From: Eledone cirrhosa
Taxonomy: Eukaryota
Direction of reading: 5' to 3'
Assembly (NCBI GenBank): GCA_964016885.1
Contig: OZ024743.1
Span: 194,432,001-194,496,000, forward strand
DNA length: 64,000 bases
The position numbers and the translations under genes were made by a program. The notes beneath the pieces are model-generated. The model worked only from the letters and a program-made list of their open reading frames with translations. It was not told the origin of the DNA and searched no databases. This document shows, one piece after another, positions 28,516-45,865 of this stretch. Numbering within the stretch: position 1 is the first letter of the stretch; the number at the start of each line of letters is the position of its first letter.

Positions 28516-29159
28516 CATGTGTTTATATGTATGTAAACACTCAGAACGGAGGAATTAGAAATCCATTCCGTAAGGAAGGATACTTTTGTATCCAACCGTA
28601 AATAACAACTTCAACTAGATATACGTGTGTTCACCAAGCGGAAGTAGTGAGGTAACGGTTGACTTTGTGAAATGCCAAATGATGTCTATGAAATTACAAG
28701 GATGAAGGCTAAATACGTTTAATCATACGCTGGTCTAATTTCTTAAGTTTCAAAGTTAGGAGATTCGAATCACTCACTATGAAATGATTGACGTTGTATT
28801 GTTGTTATAACTTATCCCTCCTCAACAACACAGTAAGGCACAACAACAACAGCTGCATCAACATCATTGGGCGTTTAAAGGCTCTTAATTAACCACTTTT
28901 GAAGCATTTCCAAATAGTGCTTGTGAAAGCACTATTTGGAAATGTATGTAGATTTGAAAATATATTGAAATATATTTGAAACTATATGTAAATATACATT
29001 CTGAATGCATATATTTACACAACAAAACACGTATTCTTCCTCTTACATCTTTGATGGGAAATACAATAATATATACTTTTTCTCATTTTACTCCGAGTAA
29101 AACATTCACCGTAATTTGACTTTGGCCTCTTAATATTCTTGTCAACCGTATTTATGTCT

Positions 29160-29230
<71 letters not shown>

Positions 29231-29235
<5 letters not shown>

Positions 29236-29410
29236 AACAAGTATGACCCCGACGGCAGAGCTCAAGCCGTTTCGACGGCTATTTCAGTCCAGAAATAGCC
29301 GTCGAAACGGCTTGAGCTCTGCCGTCGGGGTCATACTTGTTCCTATTACCCACTCTACTACCCTAAGTATTGAGTACTTCGGTGCGTTATGGTCCATCTG
29401 GTTCCTTCGT

Positions 29411-29413
<3 letters not shown>
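29231..29413 (+). mobile_element. Short hairpin-headed PLE-type 3' end in (TA)n carrying a half hammerhead
   Basis: Perfect 55-bp inverted repeat (29231-29285/29292-29346) containing GAAA-CGGC..GCCG-TC-GGGGTC. Related sequence occurs at 22892-22945 (+) and 6715-6775 (-). Confidence 0.7.
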
Positions 29414-29453
<40 letters not shown>

Positions 29454-29595
29454 AGAAGCAAAAAATTGCTTATTGTGATCCAGTTTCATGGATGGTTTCA
29501 ACGTACGCAGTATAGCAATATAAGGTTGCACTTTCCAATGAAACGGTCGTAAATACCTGGATAAAATCCTTCTCTTAATGCTTACCTGTGTTTTC

Positions 29596-29672
<77 letters not shown>

Positions 29673-29768
29673 GAACACTGGAAGGTAATATCCGTAGTGG
29701 TAGAGCACTCAGTCCATGGGAGGAGTTAAGTAGAAGTGGTTACACAACAGTTAGTTCACCATACCGAG

Positions 29769-29801
29769 AAGAATTGTTTCACATTAGTGCGTCTTCAGCT
29801 T
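29769..29801 (-). ncRNA. Degenerate hammerhead motif
   Basis: Minus strand: AAG-CTGAAGA-C-GCA-CTAA-TGT-GAAA-CAATT-CTT. Stem III is damaged. Confidence 0.4.
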
Positions 29802-29839
29802 GTACTGGTCACGGAACATCCATATCTCTCATCCCTATT

Positions 29840-29874
<35 letters not shown>

Positions 29875-30470
29875 ATATATATATATATATATATGCGACC
29901 CTCCTTTTCTCTTCCCTTCTCCTCCTCACTGTCGTTTTTCTCTCTCTCTATCCATCCGTTCTTTTTTGATAGTTGACACGTTTACACGTGCCGTGGTGGC
30001 CTCTCTGTCCGCAATCTTTGCGGCAAATTTTTACCACCGTCGTAAAAATCACTTCTGGATTATCTCCCTTTCCCTTCTCCTCCTCACTTTTGGTTGTTCG
30101 TGTCTCTCTCTCACTTTCTCTTGTCTATGTGAGAGGCAACACGATTATACCAGCTCTGAGTCGTAGCTGACCACCAGGCTAAAGTCTCCCAGGTTGGCCA
30201 CAGCGTACTTACTTCCCTATTTTTCCACGGTTACTTTTTTGCATGTTTCTTTCACCTGTGTCTTCCCACGATGGGACCTGTACAATTTTTTCTCTTATTC
30301 CTTTTCCCTTCCCCCTTTCTTCCTCTCTCTTCATCATTTTCTCCCCTGTTCTTCTTCCTTTCCCTCTCTTTCCTTTTCTCTCTCCTTTTTCTCCCCTTTT
30401 TTCTCACTTTCTCTCTCCTTTCCCACCTAGCCCTTTGATTAATAAAAGGCCTCGGGCGCACCCGGAATAC

Positions 30471-30532
30471 ACCAATGTCCTGTAATTCAGCGCCGAAACA
30501 TCGGTTCGGAAAACATTTACAGCTGACGATGG
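30471..30532 (+). ncRNA. Candidate non-circularly permuted hammerhead ribozyme
   Basis: ACCAATGT-C-CTGTAA ... CC-GAAA-CATCGGT ... TTACAG-CTGACGA-T-GG. Confidence 0.45.
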
Positions 30533-30627
30533 AAACTCCTTTCTTCCTTTCTCCTCCTGTTCCGTCCTAACCACCATCCCACATCTTGTTTTAGTAACCA
30601 CACAGCTCCTTTCGATTCATAGCTTTT

Positions 30628-30667
<40 letters not shown>

Positions 30668-30674
<7 letters not shown>

Positions 30675-30899
30675 TAAGATTCTACAGGACTAGAACTGTT
30701 TCATTCTTTAGAAATCATCAGGAATCTGGCTATCCAAAAATAAAAAATAAATATTTTTGGATAGCCAGATTCCTGATGATTTCTAAAGAATGAAACAGTT
30801 CTAGTCCTGTAGAATCTCATCTATATTAAAACTTTTATACTCTGCTATGTATTGAGTACCTTACTTACTGTGGTTACCTCCGATTCAACCCGGAATAAC

Positions 30900-30900
<1 letters not shown>
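30668..30900 (+). mobile_element. Short palindromic element in (TA)n with back-to-back hammerheads
   Basis: 30668-30740 is inverted to 30754-30828, followed by a unique tail to 30900. Confidence 0.8.
30767..30817 (+). ncRNA. Type I hammerhead ribozyme (mirror copy at 30677-30727, minus strand)
   Basis: AGATTC-CTGATGA-T-TTCT-AA-AGAA-T-GAAA-CAG-TTCTAGTC-CTG-TA-GAATCT. Confidence 0.8.
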
Positions 30901-30937
<37 letters not shown>

Positions 30938-31068
30938 ATAATAATAAATATGAAGACTTAAATCCAAAGAGGGGCTCGATAAGGATAAATATATATATCA
31001 AATATAATTTATAAATATATATATATTTATATATAAATAAATAAATAAATATATATATATATATATAT

Positions 31069-31807
<739 letters not shown>

Positions 31808-31829
31808 ATATATATATATACACATACAT

Positions 31830-31896
<67 letters not shown>

Positions 31897-33469
31897 CATA
31901 CATGTATATATGTGTGTGTGTATCTTTTACTCTAATGTCGATTTTATTTGTGCTTAGTAATAATTCTTTACCAGTTAATCACGACAACAATATTTTCTGG
32001 ATCATGAATTATGTTCCTTAGATTATACGTTAGAATATTTCTCATATATTTGATATGAAACAAATAACACAGAAATAAATGCCATAAAGAAAAAGACAAT
32101 CAAAATGTTGTAACTAGTCCCTTACGGCTCTGTACAACAGCTGGTCATTTTTAAACTGTTACCAATTGTCCTTTCTATACCCCCAACACATATATCTGCC
32201 ATTCTGAGATTACTACCTTATAGTAAATCTATTGAACTAACCACCTTTTCTTCATTCTCCATACCATTTGTAGTTTAATATAGATATTGTCGGGCGGTAA
32301 ATTGACAAAGTCGTTAGAATGTTAGATAGAATGCGCTGAGTTAAATCCTGCCGAGGTCACTTTTGCCTTCCAAACTTTTGAGATTCATAAAAAAAACGTA
32401 TAAATCTTGTCCCGTGGTCCATTCGTTCTCTATATCACCTTCTCACTGATTCTCTATCAATCTCTCTTCTTCCCCGGATGAAACCTTGGGGTGGCTTACG
32501 CCAAGATTATATTCCGAAGAAACGCCGTATATCACAACGGCGCCCCTACGATTCCATCCATCCCTCCATCTATCCATCTATCCATCTATTCATATGTCCA
32601 TCCATACATATATATACATATACATAGATCTTGTACACAATCCTGGAGCTACATTCCTTTCCCCTCATTTGCATCACAACTAATAACAATTCCCTATAGA
32701 TTCAACACTATCTACATTGTCTTTCTCCGAAAGAAAAAATAAAGAGCAACCAAAAACTGTCAATGGCAAAACAATAATTTAATGATACAATATATTATGA
32801 TACAATCGTTGTATGTAATTATACTTTTGCATTAAACAGTATGATATAGTGTCTAACCGACATAATTCATGGTCCAGAAAATACTTTTGTCGTGATTAGC
32901 TGCTGAAAAATTACTAAGCGTAAAAACTGACATTAGAGAAGTATTCACATATATATATGACTGAGTCGTTTCAATCAGCTAGGCCACACTCAGACGAATC
33001 TTATTAAAAGGAAAAAGAATCTTGTTAAAAAAGGAAAAAGAGACATTAGTTAATATAGTTATATATCTTTCTAAAAATGGCGGTTATTCACAACAGCTAC
33101 TGGTTATACGTCGACTTGATACGGATTGACTTGGGGTTAAAGAACAACTACTGCATTCTCATGCTTTTCAGCCTCTGCTTCCCTTAGTTAGAAACCCGCA
33201 TACCTTTTAAACTGATTACATCCCTATGGAACTACCTCTTTCCTGGGATGTTCTTTTTGTCATACATGAAGGACTTAGAAATGTTCAAACCGAACGAAAA
33301 CTCAAAGGGACCTCAATATGTCATGGAGAAGTATAAAAGTGCTAGGAACTGAAATTACCCTTCTAACTGCAAAATAAACAAACAAACAAATAAACAAAAG
33401 ATAAAAACAAAATAAATACATTTTATATATCTTTCACCGAAATAATTGTTATATAAAATAACTGAAAGG

Positions 33470-33645
33470 AATGGTGGAATTGGTAGCACGTCGGATAAAA
33501 TACCATTGTGGCATTTTAGCTTGATTTTTACATTCTGAGTTCAAATCCCTTCTGGAGTCGATAATATAACGTACCAATCAATTGATTTAATGAAATGTGG
33601 CCTTACCCTGTATTTGCTGGCCTTGTGCCTAAATTAGAAATCAAT
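33470..33645 (+). mobile_element. Diverged tRNA-SINE
   Basis: GAGTTCAAATCC B box and 3' GCTGGCCTTGTGCCTAAATTAGAAA. A similar remnant lies at ~32290-32395. Confidence 0.6.
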
Positions 33646-34609
33646 AATAAATATATCAGATTAAAATGTATAACAGAAGAAAATCAAAGGGGAATCGAAA
33701 TTACTAACTGAACTGAAACATTATTTAAATTACTAGAAATTTCAAATGCATCTAAATTGCTGAATTGAAATATCAGCTCTCTTTGACAGCATCTATTCAC
33801 AAGTAACAGTAAAACTAGAATCTATCTATATTTACAATAACCAGCATCATAAATATAGATAGTATCATCAAAATCATTGACACGACAAAAGTGAAACTAA
33901 CAATTTATTAATCTAAACCACTTACTGTAAATCATTGCTTACGTACACAATCTCACACACATAGTCATCCAACGTCAGCCACCCACATTTATATCTAACA
34001 CACGCAAATGTAACGTATGTACCATTCGCTCTCACACGAATAGCGCGTCCTCACATATATAGCGACATGAAGTGACTACAAAGCCGTCTACGATATAATA
34101 ATGTATTGTCTAAGTATAAAGCAAGTGAAAGATAGACGAAGAGAATCAGTAGAGGATATAAAGATGTTACCATAGAGCAATATGATATAGGAATTGTGTT
34201 GTTGAAAAGTTCAAAGCTATAATTCAGTGTAATTTCAAAGCTCTACAACAGTCAGTGTGGCCAGCAGTGTATGGCGGCATTGAGATAGCTTTGCCAATGA
34301 TATTTGAGATGCTCAAAGTGTTGACGAAAGGAATGATAATGACCAAAATGTTTGCGTTGCATGTGTTCGGTAATGGTTGGGAGTCGGATGTTGAAAATCA
34401 TGGCACGATGCAGAACCTCTGTCAAGATCATTATCTCTGAATGGCAAGTTTGTAGTAAGATAAACTAACAAAACTAAACAAAATATGTCTTTCCGACGGC
34501 AACGTTTCATTATTTATGCCAATGTAATGTTTGCTTTTTTAAAGTCCGTATCCCCCAAAATCACATCTTGCGAACAGTGCATACATTCTCATCTGTATTA
34601 ACGCTGACA

Positions 34610-36635
<2,026 letters not shown>

Positions 36636-36865
36636 TAAATGAATGATTATTTACATATGCGCCTTAGCTTATTTAGCAGTCGATATATGTAATAAGTATA
36701 GGCAATTAGGAACCTCTTATTTCCAAGTGCTGCACCATAAAAGACAAGATATGAGAGCTGCATAATTACACCTAAATATATAGTCGACGTTATAAACTGG
36801 TCTAGTTGAACGGATAAAATTGGTTCATTAGTGGTGAAAATCGTCTACTGATCAACACAGCACTC

Positions 36866-36895
36866 ATGTCACAATACCACTACCACCAATACAAT

Positions 36896-36929
<34 letters not shown>

Positions 36930-39900
36930 CCCTTCACATCAACATCAGCACCACCACCAGCTCAACGACGCCGACGACGACGACCACCACCACCATCAAT
37001 ACAATCACCCCCACTACTACTATTACTACTAATATTACTCGGACTCGCCCCACCATCAATATCAGCACCACCACCAGCACTACCACCATCGCTACCACCA
37101 ACACCCGAACTCGCACAACTAACAGGACTGGCACCGGCATCGAGAGCACCACCACAGCTTACAACATCACCACCATAATAACCTTCACCATAACCTACAC
37201 CGTCACCACAACCAACAGAAACACCAGAACTAGCACCATCGCTACCACCACCCGAACTCCCCCCACTAACAGGACTAACACCGGCATCGCCACCACCACC
37301 ACCACCACCCGAACTCCCCCCACTAACAGGACTAACACCGGCATCGCCACCACCACCACCACCACCACTACCACCATCATGATCACCAACTCCACCACCA
37401 TCGACATCACCACCAGCACCTATACCAGCACGGCCACCACCACCACCACCACCACCACCATAGCCGCCCCTACCACCAACACCACAACAACTACCACCAT
37501 CATGATCACCAACTCCACCACCATCGACATCACCACCAGCACCTATACCAGCACGGCCAACACCACCACCACCACCACCACCAGAGCCGCCCCTACCACC
37601 AACACCACAACAACTACCACCATCATGATCACCAACTCCACCACCATCGACATCACCACCAGCACCTATACCAGCACGGCCAACACCACCACCACCACCA
37701 CCACCAGAGCCGCCCCTACCACCAACACCACAACAACTACCACCATCATGATCACCAACTCCACCACCATCGACATCACCACCAGCACCTATACCAGCAC
37801 GGCCACCACCACCACCACCACCACCACCATAGCCGCCCCTACCACCAACACCACAACAACTACCACCATCATGATCACCAACTCCACCACCATCGACATC
37901 ACCACCAGCACCTATACCAGCACGGCCAACACCACCACCACCATAGCCGCCCCTACCACCCACACCACAACAACTACCACCATCATGATCACCAACTCCA
38001 CCACCATCGACATCACCACCAGCACCTATACCAGCACGGCCACCACCACCACCACCACCACCACCAGAGCCGCCCCAACCACCAACACCACAACAACTAC
38101 CACCATCATGATCACCAACTCCACCACCATCGACATCACCACCAGCACCTATACCAGCACGGCCACCACCACCACCACCACCACCACCAGAGCCGCCCCT
38201 ACCACCAACACCACAACAACTACCACCATCATGATCACCAACTCCACCACCATCGACATCACCACCAGCACCTATACCAGCACGGCAACCACCACCACCA
38301 CCATAGCCGCCCCTACCACCAACACCACAACAACTACCACCATCATGATCACCAACTCCACCACCATAGACATCACCACCAGCACCTATACCAGCACGGC
38401 TACCACCACCACCACCACCACCATAGCCGCCCCTACCACCAACACCACAACACCTACCACCATCATGATCACCAACTCCACCACCATCGACATCACCACC
38501 AGCACCTATACCAGCACGGCCACCACCACCATCACCACCACCACCAGAGCCGCCCCTACCACCAACACCACAACAACTACCACCATCATGATCACCGACT
38601 CCACCACCATCGACATCACCACCAGCACCTATACCAGCACGGCCACCACCACCACCACCACCACCACCAGAGCCGCCCCTACCACCAACACCACAACAAC
38701 TACCACCATCATGATCACCAACTCCACCACCATCGACATCACCACCAGCACCTGTACCAGCACGGCAACCACCACCACCACCACCACCAGAGCCGCCCCA
38801 ACCACCAACACCACAACAACTACCACCATCATGATCACCAACTCCACCACCATCGACATCACCACCAGCACCTATACCAGCACGGCCAACACCACCACCA
38901 CCACCACCACCAGAGCCGCCCCTACCACCAACACCACAACAACTACCACCATCATGATCACCAACTCCACTACCATCGACATCACCACCAGCACCTATAC
39001 CAGCACGGCCACCACCACCAACACCATAGCCGCCCCTACCACCAACACCACAACAAATACCACCATCATGATCACCAACTCCACCACCATCGACATCACC
39101 ACCAGCACCTATACCAGCACGGCCACCACCACCACCACCACCACCAGAGCCGCCCCAACCACCAACACCACAACAACTACCACCATCATGATCACCAACT
39201 CCACCACCATCGACATCACCACCAGCACCTATACCAGCACGGCCACCACCACCACCACCACCACCACCACCACCACCACCACCACCACCACCACCAGAGC
39301 CGCCCCAACCACCAACACCACAACAACTACCACCATCATGATCACCAACTCCACCACCATCGACATCACCACCAGCACCTATACCAGCACGGCCACCACC
39401 ACCACCACCACCACCACCACCACCACCACCACCAGAGCCGCCCCAACCACCAACACCACAACAACTACCACCATCATGATCACCAACTCCACCACCATCG
39501 ACATCACCACCAGCACCTATACCAGCACGGCCACCACCACCACCACCACCACCACCACCACCACCACCACCACCACCACCAGAGCCGCCCCAACCACCAA
39601 CACCACAACAACTACCACCATCATGATCACCAACTCCACCACCATCGACATCACCACCAGCACCTATACCAGCACGGCCACCACCACCACCACCACCACC
39701 ACCACCACCACCACCAGAGCCGCCCCTACCACCAACACCACAACAACTACCACCATCATGATCACCAACTCCACCACCATCGACATCACCACCAGCACCT
39801 ATACCAGCACGGCCACCACCACCACCACCACCACCACCACCATAGCCGCCCCTACCACCAACACCACAACAACTACCACCATCATGATCACCAACTCCAC

Positions 39901-42900
39901 CACCATCGACATCACCACCAGCACCTATACCAGCACGGCCACCACCACCACCACCACCACCATAGCCGCCCCAACCACCAACACCACAACAACTACCACC
40001 ATCATGATCACCAACTCCACCACCATCGACATCACCACCAGCACCTATACCAGCACGGCCACCACCACCAACACCACAACAACTACCACCATCATGATCA
40101 CCAACTCCACCACCATCGACATCACCACCAGCACCTATACCAGCACGGCCACCACCACCACCACCACCACCACCAGAGCCGCCCCTACCACCAGCATCAC
40201 AACAACTACCACCATCATGATCACCGACTCCACCACCATCGACATCACCACCAGCACCGATACCAGCACGGCCACCACCACCACCACCACCACCACCAGA
40301 GCCGCCCCTACCACCAACACCACAACAACTACCACCATCATGATCACCAACTCCACCACCATCGACATCACCACCAGCACCTATACCAGCACGGCCACCA
40401 CCACCACCACCACCACCACCAGAGCCGCCCCTACCACCAACACCACAACAACTACCACCATCATGATCACCAACTCCACCACCATCGACATCACCACCAG
40501 CACCTATACCAGCACGGCCAACACCACCACCACCACCACCACCAGAGCCGCCCCTACCACCAACACCACAACAACTACCACCATCATGATCACCAACTCC
40601 ACCACCATCGACATCACCACCAGCACCTATACCAGCACGGCAACCACCACCACCACCACCACCAGAGCCGCCCCTACCACCAACACCACAACAACTACCA
40701 CCATCATGATCACCAACTCCACCACCATCGACATCACCACCAGCACCTATACCAGCACGGCCACAACCACCACCACCACCACCACCATAGCCGCCCCTAC
40801 CACCAACACCACAACAACTACCACCATCATGATCACCAACTCCACCACCATCGACATCACCACCAGCACCTATACCAGCACGGCCACCACCACCACCACC
40901 ACCACCATAGCCGCCCCAACCACCAACACCACAACAACTACCACCATCATGATCACCAACTCCACCACCATCGACATCACCACCAGCACCTATACCAGCA
41001 CGGCCACCACCACCACCACTACCACCACCATAGCCGCCCCTACCACCAACACCACAACAACTACCACCATCATGATCACCAACTCCACCACCATCGACAT
41101 CACCACCAGCACCTATACCAGCACGGCAACCACCACCACCACCATAGCCGCCCCAACCACCAACACCACAACAACTACCACCATCATGATCACCAACTCC
41201 ACCACCATCGACATCACCACCAGCACCTATACCAGCACGGCCACCACCACCACCACCACCACCACCAGAGCCGCCCCAACCACCAACACCACAACACCTA
41301 CCACCATCATGATCACCAACTCCACCACCATCGACATCACCACCAGCACCTATACCAGCACGGCCACCACCACCACCACCACCACCACCAGAGCCGCCCC
41401 TACCACCAACACCACAACAACTACCACCATCATGATCACCGACTCCACCACCATCGACATCACCACCAGCACCTATACCAGCACGGCCACCACCACCACC
41501 ACCACCACCACCAGAGCCGCCCCTACCACCAACACCACAACAACTACCACCATCATGATCACCAACTCCACCACCATCGACATCACCACCAGCACCTGTA
41601 CCAGCACGGCAACCACCACCACCACCACCACCAGAGCCGCCCCAACCACCAACACCACAACAACTACCACCATCATGATCACCAACTCCACCACCATCGA
41701 CATCACCACCAGCACCTATACCAGCACGGCCAACACCACCACCACCACCACCACCAGAGCCGCCCCTACCACCAACACCACAACAACTACCACCATCATG
41801 ATCACCAACTCCACCACCATCGACATCACCACCAGCACCTATACCAGCACGGCCACCACCACCAACACCATAGCCGCCCCTACCACCAACACCACAACAA
41901 ATACCACCATCATGATCACCAACTCCACCACCATCGACATCACCACCAGCACCTATACCAGCACGGCCACCACCACCACCACCACCACCAGAGCCGCCCC
42001 AACCACCAACACCACAACAACTACCACCATCATGATCACCAACTCCACCACCATCGACATCACCACCAGCACCTATACCAGCACGGCCACCACCACCACC
42101 ACCACCACCACCACCACCACCACCACCACCACCACCACCACCAGAGCCGCCCCAACCACCAACACCACAACAACTACCACCATCATGATCACCAACTCCA
42201 CCACCATCGACATCACCACCAGCACCTATACCAGCACGGCCACCACCACCACCACCACCACCACCACCACCACCACCACCAGAGCCGCCCCAACCACCAA
42301 CACCACAACAACTACCACCATCATGATCACCAACTCCACCACCATCGACATCACCACCAGCACCTATACCAGCACGGCCACCACCACCACCACCACCACC
42401 ACCACCACCACCACCACCACCACCACCAGAGCCGCCCCAACCACCAACACCACAACAACTACCACCATCATGATCACCAACTCCACCACCATCGACATCA
42501 CCACCAGCACCTATACCAGCACGGCCACCACCACCACCACCACCACCACCACCACCACCACCACCACCACCACCACCACCACCAGAGCCGCCCCTACCAC
42601 CAACACCACAACAACTACCACCATCATGATCACCAACTCCACCACCATCGACATCACCACCAGCACCTATACCAGCACGGCCACCACCACCACCACCACC
42701 ACCACCACCATAGCCGCCCCTACCACCAACACCACAACAACTACCACCATCATGATCACCAACTCCACCACCATCGACATCACCACCAGCACCTATACCA
42801 GCACGGCCACCACCACCACCACCACCACCATAGCCGCCCCAACCACCAACACCACAACAACTACCACCATCATGATCACCAACTCCACCACCATCGACAT

Positions 42901-45865
42901 CACCACCAGCACCTATACCAGCACGGCCACCACCACCAACACCACAACAACTACCACCATCATGATCACCAACTCCACCACCATCGACATCACCACCAGC
43001 ACCTATACCAGCACGGCCACCACCACCACCACCACCACCACCAGAGCCGCCCCTACCACCAGCATCACAACAACTACCACCATCATGATCACCGACTCCA
43101 CCACCATCGACATCACCACCAGCACCGATACCAGCACGGCCACCACCACCACCACCACCACCACCAGAGCCGCCCCTACCACCAACACCTCAACAACTAC
43201 CACCATCATGATCACCAACTCCACCACCATCGACATCACCACCAGCACCTATACCAGCACGGCCACCACCACCACCACCACCACCACCAGAGCCGCCCCT
43301 ACTACCAACACCACAACAACTACCACCATCATGATCACCAACTCCACCACCATCGACATCACCACCAGCACCTATACCAGCACGGCCAACACCACCACCA
43401 CCACCACCACCAGAGCCGCCCCTACCACCAACACCACAACAACTACCACCATCATGATCACCAACTCCACCACCATCGACATCACCACCAGCACCTATAC
43501 CAGCACGGCAACCACCACCACCACCACCACCAGAGCCGCCCCTACCACCAACACCACAACAACTACCACCATCATGATCACCAACTCCACCACCATCGAC
43601 ATCACCACCAGCACCTATACCAGCACGGCCACAACCACCACCACCACCACCACCATAGCCGCCCCTACCACCAACACCACAACAACTACCACCATCATGA
43701 TCACCAACTCCACCACCATCGACATCACCACCAGCACCTATACCAGCACGGCCACCACCACCACCACCACCACCATAGCCGCCCCAACCACCAACACCAC
43801 AACAACTACCACCATCATGATCACCAACTCCACCACCATCGACATCACCACCAGCACCTATACCAGCACGGCCACCACCACCACCACTACCACCACCATA
43901 GCCGCCCCTACCACCAACACCACAACAACTACCACCATCATGATCACCAACTCCACCACCATCGACATCACCACCAGCACCTATACCAGCACGGCAACCA
44001 CCACCACCACCATAGCCGCCCCAACCACCAACACCACAACAACTACCACCATCATGATCACCAACTCCACCACCATCGACATCACCACCAGCACCTATAC
44101 CAGCACGGCCACCACCACCACCACCACCACCACCAGAGCCGCCCCAACCACCAACACCACAACAACTACCACCATCATGATCACCAACTCCACCACCATC
44201 GACATCACCACCAGCACCTATACCAGCACGGCCACCACCACCACCACCACCACCACCAGAGCCGCCCCTACCACCAACACCACAACAACTACCACCATCA
44301 TGATCACCAACTCCACCACCATCGACATCACCACTAGCACCTATACCAGCACGGCCAACACCACCACCACCACCACCACCAGAGCCGCCCCTACCACCAA
44401 CACCACAACAACTACCACCATCATGATCACCAACTCCACCACCATCGACATCACCACCAGCACCTATACCAGCACGGCCACCACCACCACCACCACCACC
44501 ACCATAGCCGCCCCTACCACCAACACCACAACAACTACCACCATCATGATCACCAACTCCCCCACCATCGACATCACCACCAGCACCTATACCAGCACGG
44601 CCACCACCACCACCACCACCACCACCAGAGCCGCCCCTACCACCCACACCACAACAACTACCACCATCATGATCACCAACTCCACCACCATCGACATCAC
44701 CACCAGCACCTATACCAGCACCTATAACACCACCACCACCACCACCACCATAGCCGCCCCTACCACCAACACCACAACAACTACCACCATCATGATCACC
44801 AACTCCACCACCATCGACATCACCACCAGCACCTATACCAGCACGGCCACCACCACCACCACCACCACCATAGCCGCCCCAACCACCAACACCACAACAA
44901 CTACCACCATCATGATCACCAACTCCACCACCATCGACATCACCACCAGCACCTATACCAGCACGGCCACCACCACCACCACCACCACCACCACCATAGC
45001 CGCCCCAACCACCAACACCACAACAACTACCACCATCATGATCACCAACTCCACCACCATCGACATCACCACCAGCACCTATACCAGCACGGCCACCACC
45101 ACCACCACCACCACCACCACCACCACCAGAGCCGCCCCAACCACCAACACCACAACAACTACCACCATCATGATCACCAACTCCACCACCATCGACATCA
45201 CCACCAGCACCTATACCAGCACGGCCACCACCACAACAACTACAAGCAGCAGCACAACGACTATAACTGTAACGTCAACGCCGAGTATTACTACCACTAT
45301 CACTACCAGCACTACCACCACCATCACCACCACCATTACTACCAAATCCGCCACCGCCACCACCACCGCCAGAACCACCACCACCACCACCATCACCACC
45401 ATTACAACGACCACCGCCACCACCACAACAACCACCCCTACCACAACCACCACGACCACGACCACCACCACCACCATTATCATCGTCATTACCATAACAA
45501 AAGCCAATTCCACCCAGAACACCAACAACGAGAACTGCACCTTTACCTCCAACACAGTTGCCAACATTACTGGGATTACCATCCTAACTACTATGGTAAC
45601 CAAACGCCTTCACCGTAATGGGTATCATAACTACTATCACCACCCTACAATTTGTGGACATGTCCCTACCACTACTATCACCAACTTACTATGTTGTAAA
45701 CCCGTCCCTACCACTACTATCACCACCCTACAAGTTGTGGACATGTCCCTACCACTACTATCACCAACTTACTATGTTGTAAACCCGTCCCTACCACTAC
45801 TATCACCACCCTACAATTTGTGGACATGTCCCTACCACTACTATCACCAACTTACTATGTTGTAA
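36866..45865 (+). CDS. Possible Thr-rich mucin-like ORF (2999 aa); coding status unproven
   Basis: 9-kb stop-free frame of ~41-aa repeats with NST/NTT sequons. There is no signal peptide, and other frames are also largely open. Confidence 0.25.
37360..45235 (+). repeat. ~123-bp tandem repeat (~64 units) with a variable internal (ACC)n
   Basis: Unit: ACTACCACCATCATGATCACCAACTCCACCACCATCGACATCACCACCAGCACCTATACCAGCACGGCC(ACC)nA(G/T)AGCCGCCCC(T/A)ACCACCAACACCACAACA. Confidence 0.97.

Noticed and set aside
36962-44647. Antisense Gly-rich ORFs as structural (beak/suckerin-like) proteins
   Set aside because: They are simply the reverse complement of the (ACC)n-rich repeat, with no signal peptide or family motifs.
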